A stretch of 64,000 nucleotides of DNA from Macrostomum lignano (Eukaryota), in the NCBI GenBank assembly GCA_002269645.1, contig NIVC01001022.1, forward strand, positions 186,001 through 250,000, given 5' to 3'. Numbering within the stretch: the first letter of the stretch is position 1; each line of letters opens with the position of its first letter. The notes under the pieces are model-generated. The model ran no database searches and was not told the origin of the DNA. It was given only the letters and a program-made list of their open reading frames with translations. Position numbers and translations under genes: made by a program. Of the stretch, positions 51,701 to 64,000 are shown one piece after another.

Positions 51701-54700
51701 ATAGCGAATACTTCAAGTGATGAGCTCTTTGACGGATTTTCCATTTTCTCTCGACTTTCAGACTCCAAGTGCGCTTGGGAAAATATGCAGAATATTGTCG
51801 TATCCATCGAGCCAATGTCGCATATCCAAGTTGTGTGCAAGTACCTGAAGCTTGCCAACGAAAACAAAATAGATGTACTTGAAATAAGTCCGGTTGAGGT
51901 TATCACTCGACAGAAATGCGTTAAACTTCTGATTGACTTTTTCAGCAGACCTCTCGACGACGGAACAAAACCGATCGATTTCGTTTCGTTTCTAGGGCTT
52001 GAGATTTGCATTAGAATCCTCGGTGAGCAACTGAAAAGATTCACGTCAAGCCCTTACTTTAGTTTGAGAGGCATTCGTCTTATTGGAAAAACAGGAATGC
52101 GAAGCAAAATGGTAAATCTGATAATGCAATCCACGCTTCAACTGTCGCTCAAGTCTGTGTCTTCAATTAGGGCCCAGCAAACCGAGAGCCGAGAGCGCGG
52201 CAATGAACGGGAGAAATCTAGCTTAGCAGGACTGATCTGCTGGGAGCAGTTTGCATACGTATTTCCTGTCTTCATGAACCAGGACACATCAACTGTGGAG
52301 CTAATTTTCCAAAATCATTCCGATGTAAAGCCGGAAATTATGGAACTGTTTGAGAGTGCCTCGTCAAAACAGCTTGTTGAATTTAAGCACATGGCAGAGA
52401 CTACTCTGCAAGAGAAGTTGGTAAGAATTGTGGCCGATTTACCGAGGGCTGGCACGCACGATACTCGTAGCATGCCTAAAAGCTATGTGTTGACTGCGGA
52501 CAACTTTTTGAAAATGATTCTAATTAATCTTCGCCTCGATGCCGATGTACCAGTGGTACTCATTGGAGAAACAGGATGCGGAAAAACCAGTCTCGTTCGC
52601 TATTTGGCTGCTGCTAAAAACTGCCAATTACGTGTGATGAACTTCCATGCTGGCATTACGGAAGCTGAAGTCAATGAGTTCATATCGAAGGCAGAAAAAG
52701 TGGCTTATAGTCTCACAAAACAGTTTGCTGAATCCTTAAACCGTGAAGGCACCGTTTTAGTGTTTTTAGATGAGGTAAACACTTGCGAGCATCTTGGATT
52801 ACTCAAAGAAGTTGTCTGCCACAAGAAGCTTCAAAGTCGTCAGCTTCCCAGCAATCTGAGGTTTATTGTGGCTTGCAATCCGTACATCCTTCGAAAATGT
52901 ACCGTCCAGTCGGCTGGATTTGAGATCAGAGAGCTCGACGATAAAATGGCAGGATTAGTGTATCGAGTAAACCCGCTGCCAGAATCTATGCTGGAATTAG
53001 TGTGGGACTTCGGCCGCCTGACTGAGAATGATGAGCTGGTTTATATTCGCAGAATGATAGGTGAACTATTCAGCAAAGCTTCAAAAGCTCAAATCGACAA
53101 CATAGTTGCTTCACTTTCAGAGGCACAGAAATTTATTCGAAGTCTAGATGACGTTGAGTTTACAGTCAGTTTGAGGGATATCCGGCGCTTTTGTGAATTT
53201 TTTATTTTTTTTACCGATTACTTTAGTCGAAAAGAGCTCATCGATAAAGCCAGCCAACAATCGTATGGCTCAACTCAACGCGCATGGCTTTTTGGCCTTT
53301 ACATCTGCTATTACGTTAGACTCATGGATTCCACGATGCGAAAACGCTTTCTCAGCATTCTTGAGCAATATACGGAATTGACGACCAAAGAAATGATTGA
53401 AATGTTTGAAAAGGAAGAGCTCGATTTACTCAACAGAATGACGATTCCAAGCAAGACAGCTAAGAATCTTGCTCTTCGAGAGAACGTATTTGTTATATTC
53501 AGCTGCATATATTGTCAGATTCCTGTTTTTCTTATCGGCAAGCCTGGTTGCTCAAAGTCACTGGCAATGAACATTGTGCGCAGCAATCTTAGAGGTGAAG
53601 ATTCCGTCAATAAACTGCTTCAACAGTTCCCTCCATTGAGATTCTTTAGCTACCAGGGCTCCGAAACCAGCACTTCCGATGGCATCATCAAAGTGTTTAA
53701 AAAAGCAGAGAAAAGCAAAATGGAAGGCAAATCTAAGTTTAACCCCGTCGTGTTAATCGACGAAATTGGTTTGGCAGAAAAATCGAGATTCAATCCGCTG
53801 AAGGTTCTGCATGGCTTACTGGAGCCGGAGTCTTCTTTGAACTGTAGAAGCAAAGTATCCGTCGTCGGCGTCTCAAACTGGGCTCTTGATCCAGCTAAAA
53901 TGAACCGAGCTATTTATATATCACGCCCAGAAATGAATGAGGAAGAGCTATTCAGTACTGGACAGGCAATATGCTCAGAAAGCAGCAAAAAAACTTTGAA
54001 ATCCATTGACGATAAGGTCCTTAGAAAAATTGCCACCGCGTCGTATCGACACTTTAAAGACCAATCGCCAGAAAATTTTCACGGCTTGCGTGACTATTAT
54101 TATCTTCTAAAATATATCTGCGATAAAATCCAAAATTCCAAGGCTGTTCCTGACGCCATACAAGAGGGCATATTGCGTAATTTCAATGGTCACTCGTTTT
54201 TGTTAAAATCTGTTCTGAAAGAATTCGCGGCCGTTTTCCCCGAGTGGAAATCGGCTAATAATCGATCTTCGAGTAAAACTGAGTCCAAAATGGAGCAGTT
54301 AATATCGCAAAATTTGTCGGATCCGAAAGCACGGCATTTGATGCTGGTGTGCGACGGTGAATTCTGCCTTGATCTGCTGTGCAAAATACTGCGTCATTCA
54401 AAGAGAAACTTTAGAATAATCCACGGCAGCTTGTACGAAAGGGACCAGTTTTCCGATGAATTTTCTTGCAGAAAGCTCAACGAAGTAATGTCCTGCATGG
54501 AAGAGGGCACCACGCTGATCTTGAAAGATTTCGATTTGATTTATGGCAGCTTGTATGACATGCTCAATCAAAACTATTCCGAGTATGCTGGACGCAAATA
54601 TTGTCGAGTTGCGATGGGAATTCAGGCCAATCAGAATTGCGCCGTTCACGAGAATTTTAGATGCATTGTTCTGGTTGAGAAAGCCCGCGTGAGTCAGTTG

Positions 54701-56330
54701 GATCCACCTTTTCTGAACAGGTTTGAGAAACAGTTGCTTTGCTTTCAAGAGAAACTCAAATCTATGGATCTCATTGATACTAAAGAAAAAATAGAAAATC
54801 TATTACAGAGCTTTTGTGTCGTAAGCACTCCATCTTTGTCATTGAAAGTCAAGCTGGTAGACACAATTCAAGGTTTTGATAAGCACCTGGTTCCTTCTTA
54901 TCTGTTTGAAAGCTTACGTAATTCAAGCAGTCATCGCAGCAAAGCAGAGCGTGACATAATATACCTAATGTCCAAGCATATGTTTCCAGATGCTGTTCTT
55001 CGAGTGTCCTATACAGAACAAGGAGAAACCGCTCAGAATCAGGAGTTTCAGCAGCATTACTTTAGCCACTGCCTATTTAAAGACCTTGACGAAGCACTCA
55101 GAATGGCCATGAAAGAAGTATCTGAACCAGTAAAACGATTGTATATTTATACGCGGTTTTCGCTTTATCGATCGATTCAAAAGCTGCATGACTTTGAAAA
55201 TTTTGAAGTCACTGAGCAACGACTAATTGATTTTCGCCAAGAAAGCGACCTTCTCGGCTCTCTAAAAACGTTTCTTAAAAGAGACAAAGATGGCATTCTT
55301 CTTATTAGAACAAAGCCTTCGCTCGATGCCCGTCATATTTTGGCACGATGTCTGATTGATGGTCTATGCGACGGTCACGATTTTCAAATTCGTTCTGAAA
55401 AGGTGATTGTATTTATTGTGCACTTGCAGCAAGAGGACTTAGAAAGTGGCGTGTGCTCCTCGTGGAAATGGAACCCATTGATGTCCTCGTGGTCGTTGTA
55501 CTGTGTGGAGGAACTAAATTGGAATGCTACATTAGACTTAAAGTCTTTAGTCGATTTAACTGATTCATCGAAGATTCTTGACCCGAATGAGACCTTCTTG
55601 CAATTAGTTCACAGAGAAGCAGTGCCGAAGTCTCTGTCTGAAGCTTTGCGCAGTTCTGATTTGTACCAGAGAGTTTCAGATGCTCTTCGAGATGATTCAA
55701 GTTTAAAATCCACATTGATAAGCTTTATTACTAACAAGTACATAAAACCAGCTCTTTCTGAGAAAAGTATATTCAGTCAGGAGAATTGGATTAGCAGACA
55801 GTCACTTGAAACAGTACAGCTGGCGAACTTTGCTTCCTTCTCAGACTTTGTCGTGCAAAAATTGAAGCTAAAGTACAGGTATAATCTTACTGAGATTCTA
55901 AAACTGATGGAGGAGTTCGGCCTCTTAGCTTTTATCGAGTCTCCAAGTGATATTACAATCAAAGCTTTACCGCTGGTACTCGAGAAAATCTTGTCAGATC
56001 CACACTTTGAAAGAATATCAAGAGTTCAGTGCATTCGGAAGCTGACTTATCCTATCAGTCCATTCCTGTTTGATTTCGCTTGCCAGATATTCCAAAATAA
56101 ATCTGATGACAGGGAAAGTTTTCTAAAAGAATTCTCAAGTATACTCGGCAGGGTATTTACAACTGAAGCAATGTCCCCCGACAGTGATGTTTATAAAGAC
56201 TTTATCTGCCTGCTCTCGTACCATTTTTGCTCTGTCGACCGAACCGACAGCCTTCTGAAGATAATGAGCAAGCAGATTGATCAGTGCAACAGTATAGACG
56301 AAGCAGTATTTACAATTTTTTCTGTTTCTC
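48706..56330 (+). CDS. RNF213: RNF213/mysterin-like dynein-type multi-AAA+ core (giant ~7.6 kb exon; 3' boundary uncertain, ORF stops at 56353)
   Basis: PSVGKS (~51425), Walker A GETGCGKT (52565-52588) with FLDEVN, second Walker A GKPGCSKS (53537-53560) with LIDEIG, plus SNWALDPAKMNRA, LYDMLNQNY..YCRVAMG and PPFLNRFEKQ, in RNF213 order. Confidence 0.93.
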
Positions 56331-56390
56331 GTAAATACCAAGAAATTTTTTGACCTGATTAACGTAAACATCACGTGCAGACCATTGCAG

Positions 56391-56598
56391 CTGAGCAAGC
56401 GAGTGAGATAGCTCTGCAAGTTTCTTCAAGTATTCATGCTGACTTGGAATCCTCAGACGCCAGCAACGATTGCATTTTGGAAGCTTTGAATTCCATGCTC
56501 TGTTTGTTGATACCAGAAAAAGCAACCTACTCTCTTTTGCAGATAACAAGCATTTCTGATTGGCTGCGTGTTCCCACTAGCTGCCTCGGCACGCTCAG
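56391..56598 (+). CDS. RNF213: RNF213-like, short in-frame segment between stop codons (putative exon)
   Basis: Same reading frame as both flanking large ORFs; bounded by candidate introns 56331-56390 and 56599-56652. Confidence 0.45.
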
Positions 56599-56652
56599 GT
56601 CAAGGACAAACAATGCTCTTAGTTGCGTCCCTAAACTATAAGCGCTGTTCAG

Positions 56653-59647
56653 GTTCTTCAGCATGTTTCTTAGTTCAGAAAATGATAAAGCGATTTGGCA
56701 GGAGATCGAAAGAAGCGAGATTGAACTTCCTGATACAATGAATAAAAGTACGCCGACGGAACTACTTCGTCTTTGGCGAGATATCTCAACTAGTGCACTG
56801 AGGAACTCTGGCATTGTAGCATCTGGGAGCGATGAGAATAAGACATATCTTTCAATGGAGGTGTCGTTTTACCACTCTTTTCTTTCAATGGAAAATATTG
56901 ATGAGGCCCTGTTAGAGGATATAGTTCGAAAGATTTCCGAAGGATACCTGCCCATGTGCTTCGTTGCAATACCATGGGAAAAGATCATCAAATCACGCAA
57001 AGATCTTCTGGAGCTTTTTGAAAATATTGTAGACTCTGCACCAAAGAAGACTATTAATGGAATTAAGTTCACCCTCCTCGAAAGCTTTCCAGACTCGCAA
57101 ACAGATGAAACCGCAAGAGATGTTATTGACTTTATGGATGACATCAGTCCCAAAATTGACTGCTTAGCGAAAATGGATTTCGAAGAACTTATTGGCATGA
57201 AAGACACGCTGAAATTGTTTCAATTGTCAGTTCAAAAATCGCGCCTACTTTTTAACGACTTCGATTGCTTTGGAGTAAACCAGGAAGAGATTTTGATACG
57301 ATTGAACAAATTGGTCAGGGCGAACTCGCGTCACCCTGTGTGGATCGTCTTTCTTCGCACCTTAAGAACGCGCTACACACTTGAGGAAGTTGAACGGATT
57401 TTGAAATTCGACAGTGTAGTGTCAAATTTGAACTGCCTTAGAAGAGATTTGATTCTCAGTTTTGGCCAAGAAGCAGTATTTATCGCTAATTACTCTCTTC
57501 GATATCCATTCGTTGTGTGGATCGATGCAGAGTTTTGCTGCAACGTGATAAATTGCTTAACCCATGCTGTGGAAAATTCAGATAATCGAGGTGTCAGACA
57601 TCTGGTTCAAAAAATTTCCGAAGAACGATCCGAAGCGCAGATGTGTCTCAGGACGGCTGAATTCATGGGAGCTTATGTCGAACTTGTTGGGCTTTTAAGG
57701 ACAAATAGAAATCTTCGAAGCTCTGAGAAAAATTTAACGAGTGAAATTGAGTACTGCTTCCAAGTAAATTTAAAACCGCTTCGTAGCCATATAATACGAC
57801 TATTGTGCGGAAATCGTGACAGCTTGGTCCAATGCTTGAATTCAACTCCCCAAAGCACTAGTGAAAATGTTTGCCTGATTACATTGTATCAGACATGCCT
57901 GCTTCAGCTGCTGGCTAGTAATGTCCCGTTCTGTGAAGGGAGTGTTATCGACAGAATTAACCGAATGCTACTGGAATGTGACGATGGATTCGAAAAGATA
58001 TTTGACCTTTGTGAGAATGAACGCAACGTGGCAATGGTACGACGTTGTTCATTGTGCAACTGCGTTTGTGTGTTTCAAAGCTGTCCCGACGATATTAGCT
58101 TGACGTATCCGTGCCAGTATTGCGACTCGGATTGGACCAGTGACCTGCGAGAGGAAATCATTGACCTGCCGAACAAATGTTTGACTGAAAATATGTATTC
58201 TATACTCAAATTTTTGAGTTGCCTTTTTGCAGCAGTCTTGATTGACTCTAAAAATTCAGATCAGTCTCTCAATGCCGAAATAGCATCGTCTTTTAACTTG
58301 GAGAAGCAATTTGACAATTTGCGCAAATGTCTTAGTCTCTCGTGGGAAGAGACTACTTGGCTAATGCATGCCATCTTGACCGGAGAAAGTGACTCCGAGC
58401 GACCGTTTTTTAACCAATCACCGGAACTTCTATTGAAACATGTTTCAACATACGTTATGCAAAGACGCGCTAGTGTTCAGAAGTTCAAACGGAAACGTCT
58501 GGATGAAAGAGCGAGCAAATTTGATGAGCAAAGCAAAAATTCATTTGCATATGCGCGTCTAATTGACTCTATTGATGAATCGGAATTCGGCGAGGAGACA
58601 TCCACTCTACTGCCACCGACAGGTGTAAGCGAAGTAATGTTGCTATTTGATTGCGAAATACTCTCTGCTCAGCCTGATCGGCAGCCCCACTGTTTAGGCT
58701 GGCGTCGGCTAGCCGGTTTATTGTTGGAAAATGCAACCGTCTTTGACCGAATGCTACATGCAAGTAATCTCATCCGTTATCATCAGCTGTTGATTGCTTC
58801 GCTTGACATAGTGCACAGCGTCACAGTAAAGGAAATAATAAAAAATGTTGAGGAAAAGAGAAAACTGCTGAATGCTGCCCAAGCTGCATGGAACGTTCTC
58901 AGTTTTGATGAAAGTAATGCATTGTGTCCTTATACGATTGATCAGCGAGCAAGTCTCGGCCTTCTAACAGAATCGTCTGAGGCACTGCGTCTTGTTCAAG
59001 CAGCTGTCAAAGACGTGAACCATGTTCTAACTGCAGCTGCACTCCTTCGCCTTCGGGATGGCATCCCGGTAGAACTTGCGGTTAGCGATGGTGGCTCGCA
59101 AGTTGCTTGCATGATGGGCGAGGCGAATGTCATTACCCGGCCAGACGACATCCCAGCGTGCTCCCAGGAGGAGCTGAACGATTTAACGCGTCTTGCTTGC
59201 CATCGCGTGCCCCCATCTTTCGATACCGAAACAGACTGGGACCTGCTGACTTCGTTGATATCGCGAAAACTTTTAGCAGCAGGACGAGCTCATTTCGGCC
59301 GAGCTGACCCGTGGGTACCAACAATGGAGCCGTCATGCGGGATAGAAGCAGCATCATCTGGGTCTCTAGATGAAGCAACGATCGATGACCTCGCGACCAA
59401 CTTTAAGGCTGTTGTAACACCAGCGCCATTGACTGAAGCCAATGTTGCCGAATTCGAAAGAAACTGTCGCGAAGATGCCGGACACGCGTCGCGGGTGGTG
59501 GAGCTCTGCTGTACCGCCCTGCGATTTGTGCGACGTCGGCTCGAGATTTCGGCAGGGGAATCAACTGAAAACCTCGGCCTTGCTGAATACCTCTCTTGTA
59601 TTGGAGTCGTGGGCACCGAAATTCTGGCAAATGTGAAGTTTAATCAG
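56653..59647 (+). CDS. RNF213: RNF213-like C-terminal (E3 module) exon with RZ-finger-like Cys cluster
   Basis: 1004-codon ORF in frame with the AAA exon; Cys cluster at 58046-58123; donor CAG|GTGATT (phase 0). The 5' boundary is uncertain. Confidence 0.75.
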
Positions 59648-59808
59648 GTGATTTTTTTATTTTACTGTAATTTATAAGCATTTCATTAGTAATGCACTAA
59701 TGAGTTATAATCAATAACCTCGTATCTGCCCCTATGTAATAATTCATTCATCCGATTTATAAAACACGACTCTAGTCTGAATTTATTGGGCAAAACCTTG
59801 CTTATCAT

Positions 59809-60103
59809 CAGTGGCGGATCTAGATTTTCATTTTGGGGGGGGGGCGGCGGTCCAAGTTTGGGGCGCCAACACGAGTGTAAGGGGCGCCAATCTTAAAGCT
59901 AGGGGGAGCAAAAAATGCGTTTAGGGGCGAAAAACAAGCTTAGGGGCGCAAAAATGCGCGTATGGGGCAAAAAATCAAGCTTGGGGGCGCAAAAAAGGCG
60001 TTTGGGGGCGAAAAATCAAATTTAGGTTAGGCTTTTGAGGGGTGCAATATGTTTGCTCAAGCTATTTTTGGGAGGGCGCCCCCCCCCCCTAAATCCGACC
60101 CTG
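59809..60103. mobile_element. hAT-type MITE with perfect 8-bp target-site duplication
   Basis: Imperfect TIRs CAGTGGCGGATCTAG / CTAAATCCGACCCTG; CTTATCAT on both flanks (59801-59808, 60104-60111); internal GGGGCGCAAAA repeats. Confidence 0.85.
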
Positions 60104-60801
60104 CTTATCATCTAGGCTTAGAATGCGCCTAACAGAATAATCAGATCTTTGAGCTCTGCTCTAGAAACAATTTTTACGCTATTCTGTTCTTATCTGCTTC
60201 TGTTGGGGTCTTATTTCTCTCCGTTAGTTTAATTATAGAGCTAGCTTGTCCATTCACTAGTAGTTATGGGAGCTTCATATAATAGATTAAGTACCAGTAG
60301 TGCCAGAAGAACCTGGTAGAACTTTCCTCTCTAATATATCGAGCACATATGTTCGACAAAATCCTGCACAATAGACAGTTGGTCCAACTGCATTTAGTGT
60401 CCTTGCACATTGTCTTTAGTTCTTGTTTGTGTCCACCTTACTATAGTTCGAGCCAGCATTTCTCAGCATGCAGGACTTGGGGAGTTGTTAGACCGTCTTT
60501 GAACCAGTAAATAAAATTCTTGTACTTTATTGTACGCTCGTATTATACTGTATTGTATCGTACAAGTATAGGTCTATTGTAATATGTGTTCTGTTGAGTT
60601 TCGTTAACGTGCCCCCTATAGTTATTTCAATTTAAAGTTGTTCAGTTCTTGTACATAACTCATTCGACTGTAAAACGAGTATAACTTTATATATTTACAC
60701 GACGAATATAAAACATTGTTTGGAACAGCCCTAACAAGCAATTAGTTTATGAATAAATAAATCGAAGCCTTGAAAAAATAGTTTTTTTGTACAATTTTCA
60801 G

Positions 60802-61182
60802 ACACTGTCGCTTCTAGAGGAAGCTGAGCAGACTGTTTTTGCCCAATCGCGAGTGAAAATTCGAGAGGCCATAGTTAGCAACTCACCCAGCAGCTATAGT
60901 CCATTTGCTTCGAGCGACTCAAACGACAGTACAGCCGCGGTTAACAAAGCGCAACGTTTGCTAAACGGTCTGCCAGAAGATCAACTTCCGACTGTGCTGC
61001 GCAATCTTCGAAGTGCTTGCGTTCGTCGCCTTCTGCGAGGCGGATCGAGGCAACAAAAGCAAGGCAAGCCTCTGCATCTGCCGGCCCGTCTAAAACGGCT
61101 TGAGGCGGGTCCAACAAGTGAAGCCGGTGTGGAACTGTCAGACTTGGAGCTGTTTGAGCTGAGCGATTTGATGCATCAGCAG
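60802..61182 (+). CDS. RNF213: RNF213-like penultimate exon
   Basis: TTTTCAG|ACA acceptor and CAG|GTGAGT donor, both phase 0; open throughout. Confidence 0.7.
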
Positions 61183-61281
61183 GTGAGTCTTGGTTTGTTT
61201 ACTGTTTATGATATCGCTTCCAGTTAAGTCGAGTTTACCCACTAATTTTCAAAAAACGAATTAACCTTTTTTTAATTTTAG

Positions 61282-61338
61282 GAAGCCGCCAAAACATCAC
61301 GAAAGAAGAAGTACAGCAAACTATTGAGTCGCTATTGA
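61282..61338 (+). CDS. RNF213: RNF213-like terminal exon EAAKTSRKKKYSKLLSRY*
   Basis: TTTTAG|GAA phase-0 acceptor after a 99-nt intron; TGA at 61336-61338. Confidence 0.55.
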   Translation, partial: EAAKTSRKKKYSKLLSRY

Positions 61339-64000
61339 TGCGCCAATTTAAGAAAATTGCTTTGAACTGGTGGATTGAAAGCCTGTTGGTTTTTTTTCGA
61401 AAGTCCATTGCTACATGCAGGGTACATACATCGCCTTTACTATATGCATTGCTTCCGTTGCATGTAAAGTCCCACCAATAAGTCACCAAGTTGTTCTAGG
61501 GCTAAGTTCTGTCCCCTGAATTATCCCACTAAATGCCACCAAGTTGTCACAGGTGTGATTTTACTTAATTGGTCTATCTCTAAAATTCTACTAAACTATT
61601 ACAGGCCTCCTCGTTCAGCCTAATTAATTCGTACTATTAGTCACTAAGCTAGAACTCTTGGAAATTTTGTAATTCACTCGATTTCTTAAAAATCTAGTGG
61701 TAGCGATTAGTGCCCGAGCGGTATGGACACTGTACTAAAGTCCTAAACTAAGTCCGAAAGTATTGCGCATTATTCGGGGATCAAGGGTTTTCCAGCATCA
61801 GCTTCTAAACTTCCTAATGCCTACTATTAATAGCCTACACGGCTTTAATACTCCTATTCTAGGTCTCCACGACCTCAGTTTGCCCTGTTCCAGATTCCTA
61901 TTGTGGGTCTCCACGACCTCAATTTGCCCTATTCTTACAAAGAACTAAGTCTTTAACATCAGTCTGCTTTAAATTTTCTTTGAACTTAGTCAATTTAGGC
62001 GGATTTTAAGCTCAAGCAAAAGTTGGTATACTCGTATTTTCGTTTTAAGTTGGCCGTATTTATAGTAATTTTGGAGAATGGGGAAATAATCCAGATGTAA
62101 TTGACCGGAGCCTATTTTAACAAAAACGAATGGGATTTCAAACAAAAAAAGATAAAACTAAAACAAACTGATGAGGAATTATTTGATTGGCCGGGATATA
62201 AAACGCAAAGTTAACTACTAATCAGCCCCACATCAATTAGATCAAAGCAGCTTTATACTTTTGGCAAATTGAAATCCATCTTCAGACGCACAGCTAGTTT
62301 CCTAAAGCTAGTTTCCTAAAAATGATTCGCAAATGCATCGTTATGATCGAGGGTGAGGTGTACAAATGCATGTAGTATTTGTTTCGTAGAGTGTCTTTAT
62401 CGTTATTTTCGTCAATACCCACAGTTCCTATAATACTCTCGTAGTTACCCACACTTAAACAGTCATAGCTTGAGCTATTTTTTTAATTGTCATACCTCCT
62501 GGATTCGCGATTATTTTTTATGGTACTCGTACTATATACTGTTGCGATACCGTCCAGAGGTGTGTTTTTATTAAAATTGTTTTATATTCAAGTTAAAATG
62601 TTTTATTCCGTTTACCCACGGCTGTGTTTTTCTGAGCGTATTTTTTAAATTTAAAACATTAACTAGTTCAAGATTTTTCAACAATTTTCTAATTTATCTC
62701 ACTCTCACCTACTCGTAGCTAATAACACAGACCCAAAAAATTTGGTTATTCCAGTTTAATGGAAGATACGAGTAATTGGGAGTAATTGCTTAAATGATGA
62801 TAGGAATAGGGGTTCGCTGCTAATTTGTAACTCCAATGTACGATTTTAATACATGTACGTGTGTTTATTTGATGGCCGTGTCAACGATCGGCATATCCAG
62901 CATCCAGGGTCGTCGGCTTAGATTATTGCTGAGGTGGCTTTTCACATCCAAATCAATATTTTATACTGCACAGCAAACACGATTGCATAATTTTGCTTTT
63001 TTTACACTTGATCGGTTATTCTTATCCAATCTACAAGCCTAGAAATATTATAAACGTCTGCAAGATTTTCGGTCATCAGCCTCTCGATCTCCACGCACTA
63101 ATTTTATTTCTAAAACAGCCTACAAAATGCACCCAAAAACTGCGGCTCGTGAACTCGGCTTTAAGAAATTATTTTCATATTAATACTAATTCATAAATGA
63201 TGATATTCACTAAAAACGCACGTACCGCGTGCACCGACTATAATGACTTGATGATGGGTTTCGACCTTTCAGGCCCCTTGTGAGGAAGCCTTCGGGCCTC
63301 AGGCCTCAGAAATAAATCAATTAGAGTCCTGGCCCCCCACTCCTGTCAGATGGTCAGCCCCATGGTAGCTTGATCGTGTGGCGAGCAGTCTAGGTCCTAT
63401 AGCTAAGAGAGGGACAGCGAGAGACAAGCAGGGAGAATTTTGAAGGTAGAAATTAGCTAATCCGCAGACTAAGCTAACTCGCTGCCACCAGCCCGTGCGT
63501 CCTGGCTCACCACACCGGGACTCTCGAAATCGGGCTTCCGACTAGAAGGGGCTTTGCACTTACCTGCCAACTAGTGTCTTTTTGCTGTCAATCTCGAAGT
63601 CATAGCCGATGATAAGGGACACTGCTGGGACTAGATCGCATTGGCCATGCAGGTACAGAGGGGACTTGTGCAGGGGATTCTTGCAGTGGCGAGTCTATGG
63701 GGTAGCTACATGTACTATTACATTGCTAAATACGAAGATATGTTCTTTTGGCCTTCAACGCGCCAACTAGCCTCTCATAGCGCTGATGATAGACTAACTC
63801 GAACTTCAGAGACCTCGCATGATTCATTACCCGAGCCGCTTGGCTAACCTAGAGTGCACAAAGTACATCTCTGGCGCCGATTCTGCACTTCTGGCAGTTT
63901 TGCTCACTGATTTGATTGATTGATCGACTGAGAACTGCCTTGCCATTGGTCCACTGGGACCGGCGCCTACTAGCTTAGCTACTCATCTGAGCCATCGGCG

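Noticed and set aside
46023-59630. Many 60-120 aa minus-strand and alternative-frame ORFs over the RNF213-like exons (and similar ones over the cyclase exons)
   Set aside because: Shadow ORFs of long coding sequence with no independent motifs.

Overview
Eukaryotic (invertebrate metazoan-type) genomic DNA with GT-AG introns and many tandem repeats; the species cannot be identified from the sequence. Two + strand genes fill the window. (1) 1.3-40.2 kb: a natriuretic-peptide-receptor-type (GC-A/GC-B family) receptor guanylyl cyclase with an unusual layout. Three divergent 5' modules (A 1274-2081; B 13812-14161 + 17016-17359; C 20635-20935 + 21532-21954) each encode a signal peptide and the N-terminal ~230-270 aa of the ANF ligand-binding domain. 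Each ends in a phase-1 splice donor at the homologous position. Only one set of nine downstream exons (23136-40200) exists, encoding the rest of the ectodomain, TM helix, kinase-homology domain and cyclase. All three modules join it in frame (predicted 1166, 1128 and 1138 aa), giving a protocadherin/UGT1A-like variable-first-exon architecture. This is the main finding. (2) 41.4-61.3 kb: a giant RNF213/mysterin-like AAA+ protein (~4560 aa by my exon model) with no visible RING and a Cys-rich RZ-finger-like motif; three in-frame stops near 56.35-56.64 kb are either removed by two tiny introns or mark a pseudogene. Introns carry several mini/microsatellites, hAT-like MITEs, a foldback element and a decayed IS630/Tc1-mariner transposase. 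All exon boundaries were read by hand from the sequence and lack transcript support.
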